From assembly GCA_943788915.1 (NCBI GenBank), contig CALSSD010000010.1, positions 558,001 through 622,000 of the forward strand: a stretch of DNA of 64,000 nucleotides, written 5' to 3'. This stretch comes from an uncultured Acidimicrobiales bacterium (GTDB lineage Bacteria > Actinomycetota > Acidimicrobiia > Acidimicrobiales > UBA10347). Position numbers and translations under genes: made by a program. Every line of letters starts with the position of its first letter. Within the stretch, counting starts at the first letter, position 1. Shown here one piece after another: positions 39,649 to 55,124 of this stretch. The notes under the pieces were generated by a model, which was not told the origin of the DNA, searched no databases, and saw only the letters and a program-made list of their open reading frames with translations.

Positions 39649-41001
39649 CTAGCTGACGGCCACGATGGTTTCGATCGCCGCAGCTGCTGCGAGCAGTTGG
39701 TGATCGTGGGCACCGAGGACTTGTAGCCCGACCGGTGCTTCGGGACTGGGTAGCGGCAACGAGATCGCTGGTAGGCCAACTACGTTGCCCAAGCGGGTGT
39801 TCGACACAATGCGGGGTGGCAATGCGGGGTCCGAAGCCAGAGTGACGAGCGGCGCCACCATCGGAGTTGTCGGCCCGATGATCACGTCGACATCGACCAG
39901 AGTCGCCATGACCTCGGCAATCAATTGACGCCGATATTCATGTGCGGTGGCGACTTCGATCGAGGTCAGGTTGGCTCCCAGTTCGAGGCGAGCCCGAATA
40001 TCTGACCCGTACCGATCCGGATGAGCGCGCAGGGCCTGGTCGTGGATGGCTGCTGCTTCAGAGAACATGATTGCGGTGCTGGTCACGAAGGTTTTCTCAG
40101 CATCTGGCCACTGCACATCGACAAGGTCACAACCGGCAGCTTCGAGCGCCCGCATTGCTCGGTGCATGAGCTGCTGCACATCTTCATCTGCTGACTCGAC
40201 GTCGGCGCGAGCGACGCCGATCCTTTTGGGAAGCGCTGACGACTTGCTCGGAAACCCGAGCGCCCGATGCACCGCTGCTACATCATCTGTCGATGTGGCG
40301 AAGAGACCTACATGGTCAAGCGTGCCAGAAAGTGGGAAGACCCCGGCCGAGGGGTAGAGGCCAAACGATGGTTTGTATCCGACAACACCACAAAATGATG
40401 CGGGTCCTCGAATCGAACCGCCGGTGTCCGTGCCGATAGAGATGCGAGCTGAGCCATCGGCGACTGCTGCAGCGCTTCCGGAGCTGGAACCACCCGTGAT
40501 CCTGTCTGGCGCCGTTGGGTTCATCGCGGTCCCAGCGAAAGGATTTATACCCGTGACGCCGAACGCGAACTCGTGCAATGTGACCGTGCCGATGCTCACC
40601 GCACCGAGTGCCTCGAGCAAGCGGATCATCGGGGCCGTTGCTTGTTCCTGTGGCGCATCTTGGCGAGCAGCACTACCTGCCATCATCGGTCGACCTTCAA
40701 CCGCAAGGAGGTCCTTGATCGCGAATGTGAAACTCGCCAACGGGCCAAGTTCTTGCCCGAACTCACGCTCTATCCGCTCGTGGGCTTGCGTCGTGAAGAT
40801 GTCGAGGTACGGCCCGCCATCGTTGGTCGTCTTGGCCAGACTGAGACGACTTCGTATCGCAACGTCCCGGCTGTGATGGTCGACGGGCCCCAGATCGATG
40901 GTCGGAAGTTCGTCGGCTGCAGCGTCTTGCCAGTGTTGCCAACTCGGCCATTGCAGTCCGGCTCGCACCCGTTGCAGCACAGGATCAGGAGTGTCGCTCA
41001 T
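39649..41001 (-). CDS. Amidase signature family enzyme
   Basis: AIKD, GGSSSGSAAAVA, GTDTGGSIR. Confidence 0.9.
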   Translation of the reverse strand: MSDTPDPVLQRVRAGLQWPSWQHWQDAAADELPTIDLGPVDHHSRDVAIRSRLSLAKTTNDGGPYLDIFTTQAHERIEREFGQELGPLASFTFAIKDLLAVEGRPMMAGSAARQDAPQEQATAPMIRLLEALGAVSIGTVTLHEFAFGVTGINPFAGTAMNPTAPDRITGGSSSGSAAAVADGSARISIGTDTGGSIRGPASFCGVVGYKPSFGLYPSAGVFPLSGTLDHVGLFATSTDDVAAVHRALGFPSKSSALPKRIGVARADVESADEDVQQLMHRAMRALEAAGCDLVDVQWPDAEKTFVTSTAIMFSEAAAIHDQALRAHPDRYGSDIRARLELGANLTSIEVATAHEYRRQLIAEVMATLVDVDVIIGPTTPMVAPLVTLASDPALPPRIVSNTRLGNVVGLPAISLPLPSPEAPVGLQVLGAHDHQLLAAAAAIETIVAVS

Positions 41002-41048
41002 GCGTCAACTTTGGCACGACGGCCCTAACTGGTTAACAATCGGTAGCT

Positions 41049-41900
41049 ATGAGCGCCCCCACCATTGGCATGTTCGGCATCAATTTTGGTCTGATGGGCG
41101 ATCCAGGGACCATGACCGAGGTCGCTCAGGCGTGCGAGGCTGCCGGGTATGACTCGGTCTGGACCGGTGAACATATTGTGCTGCCTGAGCCTCAAATGCC
41201 GCCATCGCCGGCAGCCCCAGAGACGGTGTTCGTCGACACAGCGGCTGCTCTGAGTTATCTGGCAGCGGTAACAACAACGATCAAGTTGGGTACTGGCATC
41301 ATCATCCTGCCCCAACGCCAGCCCGCAGTGTTGGCGAAAAGTCTGGCGTCGGTGGATCATCTGTCGGGTGGGCGTTTGATGTTCGGACTCGGTGTCGGAT
41401 ACCTCGAACCGGAGATGACGGCGTGTTCGACGCCGATGGCTCGACGAGGGGAGAGAGCCGATGAGTATCTTGCAGCGATGCGAAGCCTGTGGACAACCGA
41501 CGGGGCCTCGTTCGACGGCGAGTTCGTGCACTTCGATGGTGTGACAGCCAACCCGAAGCCAGCCCAGGCTGATCTACACACCGTCGTTGGGGGACACAGC
41601 AGGCGAGCGGCGCGCCGAGCTGTCGAACACGCACACGGCTGGTATGGGTTCATGCGTGATCCAGAGACCGCAGCCACAGATATCGCAACCTTGCGTTCGG
41701 TGGCAAGTGAGACGGAGCGCCCCGACCACCTTGGCGAACTCGAGATCAGCATCACTCCAGCCCGACGTCTCACGAACGACGACGTTGAGGCGTACGCAGC
41801 GGCAGGGGTTGACCGGATCATCGTCCAACCAGGTAGATCAGTAACTACCCGTAATGACTTGCTTGCGTTTGTGGATGCACACGGACCTTCGAACTGGTGA
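41049..41900 (+). CDS. LLM-class F420-dependent oxidoreductase
   Basis: GYDSVWTGEH, IKLGTG, DHLSGGRL.FGLGVG, PKPAQ. Confidence 0.87.
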   Translation: MSAPTIGMFGINFGLMGDPGTMTEVAQACEAAGYDSVWTGEHIVLPEPQMPPSPAAPETVFVDTAAALSYLAAVTTTIKLGTGIIILPQRQPAVLAKSLASVDHLSGGRLMFGLGVGYLEPEMTACSTPMARRGERADEYLAAMRSLWTTDGASFDGEFVHFDGVTANPKPAQADLHTVVGGHSRRAARRAVEHAHGWYGFMRDPETAATDIATLRSVASETERPDHLGELEISITPARRLTNDDVEAYAAAGVDRIIVQPGRSVTTRNDLLAFVDAHGPSNW

Positions 41901-41906
41901 CACGCA

Positions 41907-42357
41907 TCAGCCCGCGAGCCCGGTCGGGGGAGTGTGGCGCTCAATGAATTCGGCACTACGTGGCATCTGCTCAGCGATTCGTCGGGTGGCCCGGGGCCGC
42001 AACTGGTTGTAGACCGTAATACCTTTCGATCGGGGGCATCGGCAACGTACGGGTCGGCAACAGCGAGTAGATCTTTGGTCACAAGGTGTGCATTGGCCTC
42101 GAGGTGGGCTCGCTCATCACCAGCTAATCGACCTGCTTCCCACTGTGGCTCGACTGCTCGTGCCATGTCGGGCAACATGGCGTGCACATGGCGTTCGAGG
42201 AACCCTGGGCGCAGGCGGTTGAAGGTTTCACATCCAAGTTGTGCCACACACCTCCGAACCCAGGGCGCGACCGAACTGCCGCTTCGGTTTGGGCTACTGC
42301 ATCGGCAGCGGTGAGGCTGCGCTGAGAACCGTGCCCTAACGCTTTCACCAATGACAT
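41907..42357 (-). pseudogene. About 150-aa DUF6918-like gene split over three frames
   Basis: MSLVKALG...RPGFGG / AQLGCETFNRLRPGFLERHV...LLAVAD / VYNQLRPRATRRIAEQMPR...*; family assignment from memory. Confidence 0.5.
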
Positions 42358-42364
42358 TGCCGAC

Positions 42365-42766
42365 TCAGAGATTGTCGTGGTATTCGGTGGAAGGATTCTG
42401 GGCCTTCCAACCAGCAGCAGGATCCTGTGGGGACTCAAATCCACCAATCACGTTGATGGCCTGGGTGTAACCCATGCTGACGAGCAGCTCAGCTGCAGCG
42501 TTGGAGCGAACGCCTGAACGGCACAACAAGAGAATTGGAGTGTCAGGGCCAAGACCATCGGTTGTGCGGTCGGCGAAGTACGGATTCGCGGTTCCGTGCT
42601 CGTCGGTCCATGACACGAACCGGGCTGCCCGGCCGGTCTGGCTCGTGTCAGGAATCCCGACGGTGCGCCATTCAGTCTCGGTCCGAACATCGACCAGAAT
42701 TGTTTCTTCATTATCCAGCAACATTTGCCACGCGGTTTCGCAAGTGATTTGCTCGATTTCAGCCAT
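42365..42766 (-). CDS. Rhodanese-like domain protein
   Basis: LVDVRTETEW...LLCRSGVRS...NVIGGFE. Confidence 0.9.
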   Translation of the reverse strand: MAEIEQITCETAWQMLLDNEETILVDVRTETEWRTVGIPDTSQTGRAARFVSWTDEHGTANPYFADRTTDGLGPDTPILLLCRSGVRSNAAAELLVSMGYTQAINVIGGFESPQDPAAGWKAQNPSTEYHDNL

Positions 42767-42958
42767 TGGGGGGTCCTTCGTTACAGGGTTTTTTGTGGGG
42801 GTTGGTTGTTAAAGGGGGGTTGGTTCGGTTAGCTTATTCCTTCTGCCCGGATGTGTGTTGTGCACATCGAAGGTAGCGCACGGTGCCCCTCCTGTCGCAG
42901 TCGAGTTTGTTCTTGGTTGCTGGTGGTGAAGCCCCGGCGATTCGGCTGTGCCGATCGA

Positions 42959-42972
42959 TGTTCTTTGAAAAC
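42959..42972 (+). promoter_or_regulatory. rrn leader BoxA antitermination motif
   Basis: TGTTCTTTGAAAAC upstream of 16S; a similar TGGTCCTTGAGAAC occurs in the ITS at 45216. Confidence 0.65.
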
Positions 42973-43263
42973 AGAAGACAGGAAACGAAAAGCCAGTGCG
43001 GCATTTCATCGGACGCTCTTTGTTCGTTGGTTTGCCGTTCAATTATTAAAAGTCCTGCCCGCCACTTCAGCCCCCGCGTTGATTGGTGTAGTAGGCAATG
43101 AACAGGTCAGGAAGTTTCGGTGACGACGGTGTTTCTAACGTTGCATTGTTTATCTGGAATTAACTAAACCTCCATTTCGCAGTACTGCCATTAAGAGCAT
43201 TTCTATTTGTTTAGGGGTGTGGTGGTAAGCAACTGATTTCAACCAATGTTTTCATTGGAAGAT

Positions 43264-44788
<1,525 letters not shown>

Positions 44789-45451
44789 AGCACTGTTTAC
44801 TTCCATTCTTCAACTCATTGCTTTGGTGATGTTGTTGTTGGGTGGGCTTTGACTGTTCACAACTCTGTGTTCAGTGGTAACAGGCATCTAGTTGGTCGCT
44901 GGTTTTTCAACGGTTCCCTCCTCGACAACAATTGATTGTTGGGTGTACAGCTTGTTGGATTGTTCAAACTTTGATTTGTTCCGGTTTCTGTCTTCTGTTT
45001 TGAGAGGGCGTCGACTCCCAATGCGCGTTAGACCTCGTGTCTATGCGTACTTCGGGACACCGTTGATTGCCTGTGTAGCTCTGCTGTTGTGCCTCCTCCT
45101 TTGGGACCAGGGATAATACGCAACTACATGAACCAGATATCTCGCCCAGCGGCTAGTCCGCGGAGCAGCCTAAGGACGTAGTCCGGCGCTGTGAGTGCGA
45201 GGTTGTTTGTGTTCCTGGTCCTTGAGAACTGAATAGCGAGCACGAGCATCTTTGACATCCTGCTTACTCAAATGAGTGGGGTGTCTAGATAAATTTGCAG
45301 CATCACGTCCATGTGGTGCTGCGCAAACTTTTAGTTTAAAATGAGTAATTAACATGATTTCTTATAAATACATAGAGTTCTCTGTACGTCGTTGAATGTC
45401 CTTTGGATGTTCGCGGTTGTATGGGGTTCTGACGATTTAAGGATTTCGGAT

Positions 45452-48516
<3,065 letters not shown>

Positions 48517-48660
48517 AATCCGCAATCCTTGAGTTGTCAGGCTGTATGGCTCTGTGACAAACAGTTCGGCTGTGTTACGGGGTTGATGTCTGAGAAACCA
48601 AGTAAATTACACGTCTAAGTTCGTGCTCGCTATTCAGTTCTTTAGGGATCATCTCAATAG

Positions 48661-48778
48661 TTTCGGTGGTGCTAGCGAGAGGGCCACACCCGTTCCCTTT
48701 CCGAACACGGAAGTTAAGCCTCTCAGCGCCGATGGTACTTGGATCGAGAGACCCTGGGAGAGTAGGTCGCCGCCGGAT
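48661..48778 (+). rRNA. rrf: 5S ribosomal RNA
   Basis: CCGTTCCCTTTCCGAACACGGAAGTTAAG...GATGGTACT...GGGAGAGTAGG; complementary termini. Confidence 0.97.
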
Positions 48779-48882
48779 TTCGCTCCACAAACAGGTGTTT
48801 GTGGAAACGCTGGATCGCCCCCTTTTTTCACCTTTGGTTCATGGGTGTCAAGGTTGCGAGCAGATCCGCACAATCAAAATGA

Positions 48883-48914
48883 GAAAGGCCCTGGGGGAAA
48901 CCCCAGGGCCTTTC
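48883..48914 (+). terminator. rrn terminator-like hairpin
   Basis: GAAAGGCCCTGGGG-gaaa-CCCCAGGGCCTTTC, perfect 14-bp stem after 5S. Confidence 0.75.
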
Positions 48915-49065
48915 CCCGTTTTACACCCAACCACACCCACAAACGTGATCGAGGGCACACCTTCGAGTTGGGTGGAGAGCCGCGACTAGCTGTCATGGCG
49001 GTAGTGTTGCTTGGCTCGATGGCGGTCGGGTATTGAAAACTGAAGAGATGAAGAGCGAGCTACAC

Positions 49066-50349
49066 ATGGCTGAGCAAGAACGACCCCGTCGAGGGTCGAA
49101 CACCAGCAACCGAAACCCGGGTCAATCCCGGGGTAAAGGCGCGTCCTCCCGCAGCGGGCGACCCCCTCGTGATGGTGATAGTCGTGGCGGTGGGTCTCGT
49201 GATGATCGTCCCCGCCGTGATGGTGATAGTCGTGGTCGTGGGTCTCGTGATGATCGTCCCCGCCGTGATGGTGATAGTCGTGGTCGTGGGTCTCGTGATG
49301 ATCGTCCCCGCCGTGATGGTGATAGTCGTGGTCGTGGGTCTCGTGATGACCGACATCAGGGGTCCGATGATGGTGAACGTCGCAGTGGCGCTCGTGGTCT
49401 ACGGGGCGATGGCCGAACCCCTCCGCCAGAAGCGGGTCCCAAGAGTTGGGGCGGGCTTGCCCGAAGAGGTGCGGCGCGGATTAGCGAGGATCAAAGCGAG
49501 CACGAAGCGGAACTTGAGGCTGACTATCAGCCGCCGAGTGAACAAGACGACCCCGAAGGTTTCGCGAAACACGAGGCGCGAGAGGCCAAACGGGCGGCGG
49601 GCTTGGCGAATCGCGATCGGCTACGAGACGAGGCGAAGGCAGCCATTGCTCGCTCGGGTACCAAGCCAGCGCCACGGGAACCTCGAAAGAAGCGAGTACC
49701 GGCAGCGCAAGAGCGTCGCCCGCTTGTGCCACACAAACTGCCCGACCCGAAACGGCAGCTCAAAGAAGTGCTGGGAGACAGCGGAGGCGGACGAGCGTGG
49801 CGAGATCTCAATCAGGCAGCAGAACATCTCGACGCTGGCAGAACCGGCCAGGCTCGAGTCATCGCTGAACAGGTATACAAGCGTGCCCCAGAGGTCTTGG
49901 AAGTCGCAGAAATGTACGGCTTGGCGCTGTACGGCCAAGGCCGATGGCGCCAGGCAATAGAGGTGTTAGAGCAAGTGCGAGACGCTTCCGGGTTGCCAGA
50001 TCAGAATCCAGTCTTGGCTGATGCACATCGAGCGGTTGGCAACTATGCCGACGTCGAAGCCCTGTGGTCGGAGCTACGCGAGGCTTCACCAGCGTCCGAG
50101 CTCGTAATTGAAGGCCGAATCGTCGCTGCTGGAGCACTCGCAGATCAGGGTCGGCTCGAGGAAGCGGTGCGGTTGCTTAGCCAGGGATGGAAACGCCCGA
50201 AACGTCCAATGGAACATCATCTTCGGCGGGCATACGCGCTTGCTGATCTGTATGAGCGGGCAGGGGAGCGCCCCCAGGCCAAAGAACTCTTTGGGTGGAT
50301 TGCGCACCATGAGCCCCGTTACGTCGACGCCAAACAACGGGCGAACTGA
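49066..50349 (+). CDS. TPR protein with R/D/G-rich disordered N-terminus
   Basis: C-terminal helical repeats (EMYGLALYGQGRWRQAIEVL, YALADLYERAG); start could be 49033-49066. Confidence 0.82.
   Translation: MAEQERPRRGSNTSNRNPGQSRGKGASSRSGRPPRDGDSRGGGSRDDRPRRDGDSRGRGSRDDRPRRDGDSRGRGSRDDRPRRDGDSRGRGSRDDRHQGSDDGERRSGARGLRGDGRTPPPEAGPKSWGGLARRGAARISEDQSEHEAELEADYQPPSEQDDPEGFAKHEAREAKRAAGLANRDRLRDEAKAAIARSGTKPAPREPRKKRVPAAQERRPLVPHKLPDPKRQLKEVLGDSGGGRAWRDLNQAAEHLDAGRTGQARVIAEQVYKRAPEVLEVAEMYGLALYGQGRWRQAIEVLEQVRDASGLPDQNPVLADAHRAVGNYADVEALWSELREASPASELVIEGRIVAAGALADQGRLEEAVRLLSQGWKRPKRPMEHHLRRAYALADLYERAGERPQAKELFGWIAHHEPRYVDAKQRAN
49168..49350 (+). repeat. Coding tandem repeat, 48 nt x about 3.8 (RDGDSRGRGSRDDRPR)
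   Basis: Near-identical units begin at 49168, 49216, 49264, 49312. Confidence 0.92.
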
Positions 50350-50629
50350 CCGGGCGTGCGTAAATAAACCTGTTGGTCCGCTGAAGCGGCAACAAGCCCG
50401 GGCCGGCTCGGTAAGACTGCCGAGGATGCAGTGAGTCGGCGTAGGGCGGGTCCTGATTGATCGTGTCGACGAGTGTGCTCGCGCACCGCGCTGCGATGGA
50501 AGATGCGCGGTAAGGATCGTTGCGGCTGTTGCCTGCTCTTAAGTGGGGCTGCCCCTGGCTGGGACTGTCACACCGCCCGCGTACTGTTACGTGCAGCTTC
50601 CCCTGCATGACAACACAAGGACCATTTCC

Positions 50630-51076
50630 ATGGGAAGCAAACCATCCACCAGGACGACATCAATTGCGGCACAAGCACTTCCCGCGAGATCAGTAGAGCC
50701 GAGCCCGTCGGCTGTCGCCGACACGAACATGGCACTGGTGATTGGACGACTCGTCGCAGAACCAGAGTCACGGACCCTCCCATCGGGATCAATCGCAGTG
50801 TCGTTCTCGTTGACCGTGCGGTCGAGAGGAGAGAAGACCACGTCGGTGCCAGCGGTTTGGTACGACCCTCCGAAGCGGGTTCTGAAATGGGTTGCTGGTG
50901 AGCGGGTGGTTGCGCACGGTTCAGTGGTGCGTCGATTCTTTCGGGGAGCGGGCGGGCTTGGGTCAGCGACCGAGGTTGTCGTGCACCAGGCAGAACTCGA
51001 GCGGCACAGCGCCAAAGCCGTTCGTTTGGTGACACGAGTGAACGCCAAGATCACGGAACGCAGCCTTACCAGTTGA
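50630..51076 (+). CDS. Single-stranded DNA-binding (OB-fold) paralogue without acidic tail
   Basis: NMALVIGRLVAEPESRTLPSG...GERVVAHGSVVRRFF...TEVVV. Confidence 0.75.
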   Translation: MGSKPSTRTTSIAAQALPARSVEPSPSAVADTNMALVIGRLVAEPESRTLPSGSIAVSFSLTVRSRGEKTTSVPAVWYDPPKRVLKWVAGERVVAHGSVVRRFFRGAGGLGSATEVVVHQAELERHSAKAVRLVTRVNAKITERSLTS

Positions 51077-51241
51077 GTCTTGGCTCCTTGCCAACACATC
51101 CTCTGCGTGCACAGAGACATCCAGGCGGAGGCACACAGACTAGAGGCACACAGGTAGCGGGGTGCCGGTGGTGTGGGTTCGGTGTAACAACCGGCGGCGA
51201 CTGCGGCACTGCGGCGGTTGCATCGGATTGCAGAGCTGGGG

Positions 51242-51997
51242 TTACCGGCCGCCAGTGATGTTGACATTTGTTCCGGTGACATAACTCGCCCCGTCACTGG
51301 CAAGGTAGAGAATGAGCGACGCGACCTCATCTGCAGTGCCGCCCCGCCGCATTGGGACATTAGCTTTGAGCCGATCAACCCGATCGGGCATACCAGCGTC
51401 GGCATGGATCTCGGTGTCGATAAGGCCAGGTCGAACACCATTGACCCGAATCCCTCGATCAGCGACTTCCTTGGCCAGCCCAATCGTCATGGTGTCCAGC
51501 GCTCCCTTCGATGCTGCATAGTCGACGAACTCGTTGGGGCTACCAAGGTATGCGGCTGCCGACGAGACGTTGACGATTGAACCACCCTTGCCGCCTCGGT
51601 CCGTGGCCATCCGGCGAACCGCTTCGCGCGCGCATAAGAACGTCCCAATCACGTTTACTTCCATGACTCTTCGGACCCGATCGACCTTCATGTCCTCGAG
51701 GCGCGACATCTCAAAGAGAACACCTGCGTTGTTTACGACGCAGTCCGGTACGCCGAGTTCTCGTTCACACCGCTCGAACAAGGAGAGCACCGATGTTTCG
51801 TCGGCGACCTCGCACTGTTGAGCGAAAGAGCGCACACCAGCTTCGCGGCACGACAGCGCAACGGCATCGGCCGCTTCGCTTCGCGAGTGGTAACTGATCG
51901 CTACATCCCATCCGGTTTGCGCGGCCATTCGGGCGGTCGCTGCACCGATGCCACGACTGGCTCCGGTGATCAACATGACACCATTTGTATTCGACAT
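51242..51997 (-). CDS. SDR family oxidoreductase
   Basis: TGASRGIG, NNAG, YAASK. Confidence 0.93.
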   Translation of the reverse strand: MSNTNGVMLITGASRGIGAATARMAAQTGWDVAISYHSRSEAADAVALSCREAGVRSFAQQCEVADETSVLSLFERCERELGVPDCVVNNAGVLFEMSRLEDMKVDRVRRVMEVNVIGTFLCAREAVRRMATDRGGKGGSIVNVSSAAAYLGSPNEFVDYAASKGALDTMTIGLAKEVADRGIRVNGVRPGLIDTEIHADAGMPDRVDRLKANVPMRRGGTADEVASLILYLASDGASYVTGTNVNITGGR

Positions 51998-52185
51998 AAC
52001 CGCAGTCTTACACCCGTTCTGCCACCACCGGCGGCCCTTCGAAAGTGAGACGACGAGTCAGTTGTGTCAGAGAAGTGGCGACCGTGTTGTATCTAGGCTG
52101 GTCCGAGCGAGTAACTTCGAACTGGGTGCTGTGGCAGAGGTCACAAGCCCATGCTTCCGGTCTTCTGATTCTCGAAGGGACAAAT

Positions 52186-54063
52186 GTGACCGACACAGCT
52201 TCGGCACCGAGCGACACATCATCGCTCGACCACATCATTATTCGTTTTGCTGGTGACTCTGGCGACGGCATGCAACTCACTGGTGACAGGTTCACCAATG
52301 CGAGTGCAATGTTCGGCAACGATCTGGCGACGATGCCGGATTTCCCTGCCGAGATTCGTGCTCCTGCCGGCACCTTGGCTGGCGTATCGGCGTTCCAGGT
52401 CCAGATCAGCGACCATGACATCACGACGCCGGGCGATTCGCCAAGCATTCTGATCGCCATGAACCCTGCTGCGCTTGCCAGCGAACTACACCGACTCGAC
52501 CTGGGCGGCACCATCATTGCCAATGAGGACACCTTCGATGAGAGGAACCTGGCCAAAGCCGGGTATCCCATCAACGTAAATCCTCTCGAAGACGGATCAC
52601 TTGACAACTACACCCTGATCAAGGTTCCGATGACCTCGATCACCAAGGAAGCATGTGCTCCGCTTGGGGTGAAACCTCGAGATGCAGATCGCTCGAAGAA
52701 TTTCTTTGCGCTGGGCCTTGTCTCATGGATGTACAGCCGTCCGACCGATACCACCCTGGACTGGATCAAGGCCAAGTTCGCGAAAAACGAACAAGTCGTG
52801 GCCGCAAACACCGCAGCGTTCAAAGCCGGTCATGCGTTTGGCGAAACCGCTGAGCTGAGCGGCCACAAGGTCGAAATCAAGCCTGCAGCGCTCGAACCTG
52901 GTAATTACACCAACATCGACGGCAACACGGCACTCTCGTGGGGCTTGGTCGCAGCCACGAAACTATCGGGTATCCCGATGTTCCTAGGGTCCTATCCGAT
53001 CACCCCAGCGTCAGACATCCTGCACGAGCTGTCGTCGAAGAAACACTTCGGCATTCGCACCTTGCAGGCCGAAGATGAGATTGCAGCGGTCGCCTCGGCG
53101 GTTGGTGCAGCATTCGGCGGCCACATCGGTGTCACAACGACGAGTGGCCCCGGCATTGCACTCAAGGGCGAGGCTATGGGCCTGGCGCTGAGTCTCGAAC
53201 TGCCGTTGGTTGTGATCAACATCCAGCGTGGCGGTCCTTCGACGGGTCTACCGACGAAGACCGAAGCCTCGGACCTCATGATGGCGATGTATGGCCGTCA
53301 TGGCGAGTCTCCGATGCCGATTGTGGCTTCGTACAGCCCAGCACAGTGTTTTGACGCTGCCATCGAAGCAGTACGGATCGCACTGAAATACCGCACACCG
53401 GTCATGTTGCTGAGCGACGGTTATCTGGCGAACGGCACCGAGCCGTGGAAGTTGCCCGACCCAGCGTCGTTGCCACCCATCGATGTCGAGTTCGCAACTG
53501 CACCGAACGCGAAGAACGATGAAGGCGAAGATGTCTTCTGGCCGTACCTTCGTGATCCTGAAACGTTGGCTCGCCCATGGGCTATTCCCGGAACGCCTGG
53601 ACTTGAACACCGCGTTGGTGGCATCGAGAAACAGGACGGCACCGGCAATATCTCCTATGACCCGGATAACCATGCACACATGGTGCAGATCCGCGACGAC
53701 AAGGTATCGGTGATCGCCGACGACATTCCGCTCACGATGGTCGATGGCCCCGACGATGCTGACTTGCTCGTTCTGGGTTGGGGATCTACGTGGGGCGCAA
53801 TAACAAGCGGGCGGCGTCGTGCCGAGATGGCGGGTTACAAGGTGGCGCATGCACATCTGACCCACCTCAACCCGTTCCCCAAGGATCTTGGCGATGTGCT
53901 TCGGCGTTATCCCAAGGTCGTCGTACCTGAGATGAACCTGGGCCAGCTTTCGAAGCTCGTTCGGGCCGAATACCTGGTCGACGCCCAAGCGGTGTCCAAG
54001 GTCAAGGGCCAACCGTTTACTGCCGGCGAAATCTACGACGTCATCGTGGGAGCACTCCAATGA
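52186..54063 (+). CDS. korA: 2-oxoacid:ferredoxin oxidoreductase alpha subunit (fused gamma)
   Basis: RFAGDSGDGMQ, YPITPAS, QAEDEI, QRGGPSTGLPTK, PEMNLGQL. Confidence 0.95.
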   Translation: MTDTASAPSDTSSLDHIIIRFAGDSGDGMQLTGDRFTNASAMFGNDLATMPDFPAEIRAPAGTLAGVSAFQVQISDHDITTPGDSPSILIAMNPAALASELHRLDLGGTIIANEDTFDERNLAKAGYPINVNPLEDGSLDNYTLIKVPMTSITKEACAPLGVKPRDADRSKNFFALGLVSWMYSRPTDTTLDWIKAKFAKNEQVVAANTAAFKAGHAFGETAELSGHKVEIKPAALEPGNYTNIDGNTALSWGLVAATKLSGIPMFLGSYPITPASDILHELSSKKHFGIRTLQAEDEIAAVASAVGAAFGGHIGVTTTSGPGIALKGEAMGLALSLELPLVVINIQRGGPSTGLPTKTEASDLMMAMYGRHGESPMPIVASYSPAQCFDAAIEAVRIALKYRTPVMLLSDGYLANGTEPWKLPDPASLPPIDVEFATAPNAKNDEGEDVFWPYLRDPETLARPWAIPGTPGLEHRVGGIEKQDGTGNISYDPDNHAHMVQIRDDKVSVIADDIPLTMVDGPDDADLLVLGWGSTWGAITSGRRRAEMAGYKVAHAHLTHLNPFPKDLGDVLRRYPKVVVPEMNLGQLSKLVRAEYLVDAQAVSKVKGQPFTAGEIYDVIVGALQ

Positions 54064-55082
54064 GCGACACACAGGTACCCGAAACCACCAAGGCCGACTG
54101 GACCAGCGACCAAGAACCGCGTTGGTGCCCAGGTTGCGGCGACTACGGCATCTTGACCGCTGTTCAGATGCTCATGCCCACGTTGGGTGTGCGGCGCGAG
54201 AACACGGTTTTCATCTCTGGTATTGGTTGCGCAGCCCGCTTCCCGTACTACATGGACACCTACGGCATGCACAGCATCCATGGTCGGGCCCCAGCGGTAT
54301 CGACCGGCCTGGCTGTTGCCCGCCCTGACCTTGATGTCTGGGTTATTGGTGGCGATGGCGACATGTTGTCGATTGGTGGTAATCACCTGATCCATGCGCT
54401 GCGACGTAATGTGAACTTGAACATTTTGTTGTTTAACAACCAGATCTACGGCTTGACCAAGGGCCAGTACTCGCCAACCAGCGAGCCGGGAAAGGTCACG
54501 AAGTCCACTCCTGTGGGCAGTATCGACGAGCCGTTTAATCCCATCAGCCTTGCGCTTGGTGCCGAAGCATCCTTTGTTGCTCGGACCCATGACATGGACC
54601 GCAAACACATGCAGGCCATGTTCGCCCGAGCGCATGCTCACAAGGGCACCTCGCTGGTGGAGATCTACCAGAACTGCAACGTGTTCAACGACGGCGCATT
54701 CGCCCAGATCACCAAACGCGATAAGCGTGATGCCATGCTGATCAACCTGGTGCATGGCGAGCCGATCCGTTTTGGGGTCGACAATGAACGCGGTGTCGCC
54801 ATGGATAGCAGCGGTCGTATAGAACTGGTTGATGTCGCCGATGTCGGTGTTGAAAATCTGCTGGTGCACGATGAAACCGCCGATGATCCTTCGGTGGCGT
54901 TTGCGATCAGCAGACTTGCCACTGCGCCAACAATGCCGACTCCGGTTGGTGTATTCCGTGCCGTCGAACGCACAGAGTACGCGGCAGCGGTTAGCGATCA
55001 GGTAGACGCTGTCACCGCATCACAGGGTGCTGGCACACTCGAGGGGCTGTTTGCTTCTCGTCCAACCTGGACCGTTTCCTAG
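54060..55082 (+). CDS. korB: 2-oxoacid:ferredoxin oxidoreductase beta subunit
   Basis: WCPGCGD, SGIGC, GDGD, YGLTKGQ; 4-nt overlap with alpha. Confidence 0.95.
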   Translation: MSDTQVPETTKADWTSDQEPRWCPGCGDYGILTAVQMLMPTLGVRRENTVFISGIGCAARFPYYMDTYGMHSIHGRAPAVSTGLAVARPDLDVWVIGGDGDMLSIGGNHLIHALRRNVNLNILLFNNQIYGLTKGQYSPTSEPGKVTKSTPVGSIDEPFNPISLALGAEASFVARTHDMDRKHMQAMFARAHAHKGTSLVEIYQNCNVFNDGAFAQITKRDKRDAMLINLVHGEPIRFGVDNERGVAMDSSGRIELVDVADVGVENLLVHDETADDPSVAFAISRLATAPTMPTPVGVFRAVERTEYAAAVSDQVDAVTASQGAGTLEGLFASRPTWTVS

Positions 55083-55124
55083 ACGAAGTCACAGTTCCGC
55101 CTAGCGAGCTGTGTCCAGATCTAT

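Noticed and set aside
49168..49350. Possible CRISPR array
   Set aside because: Head-to-tail in-frame repeats with no spacers and no cas genes
49060..49960. Hydrophobic (MIVVVVGLV) and Thr/Ile repeat ORFs
   Set aside because: Alternative-frame readings of the 48-nt coding repeat
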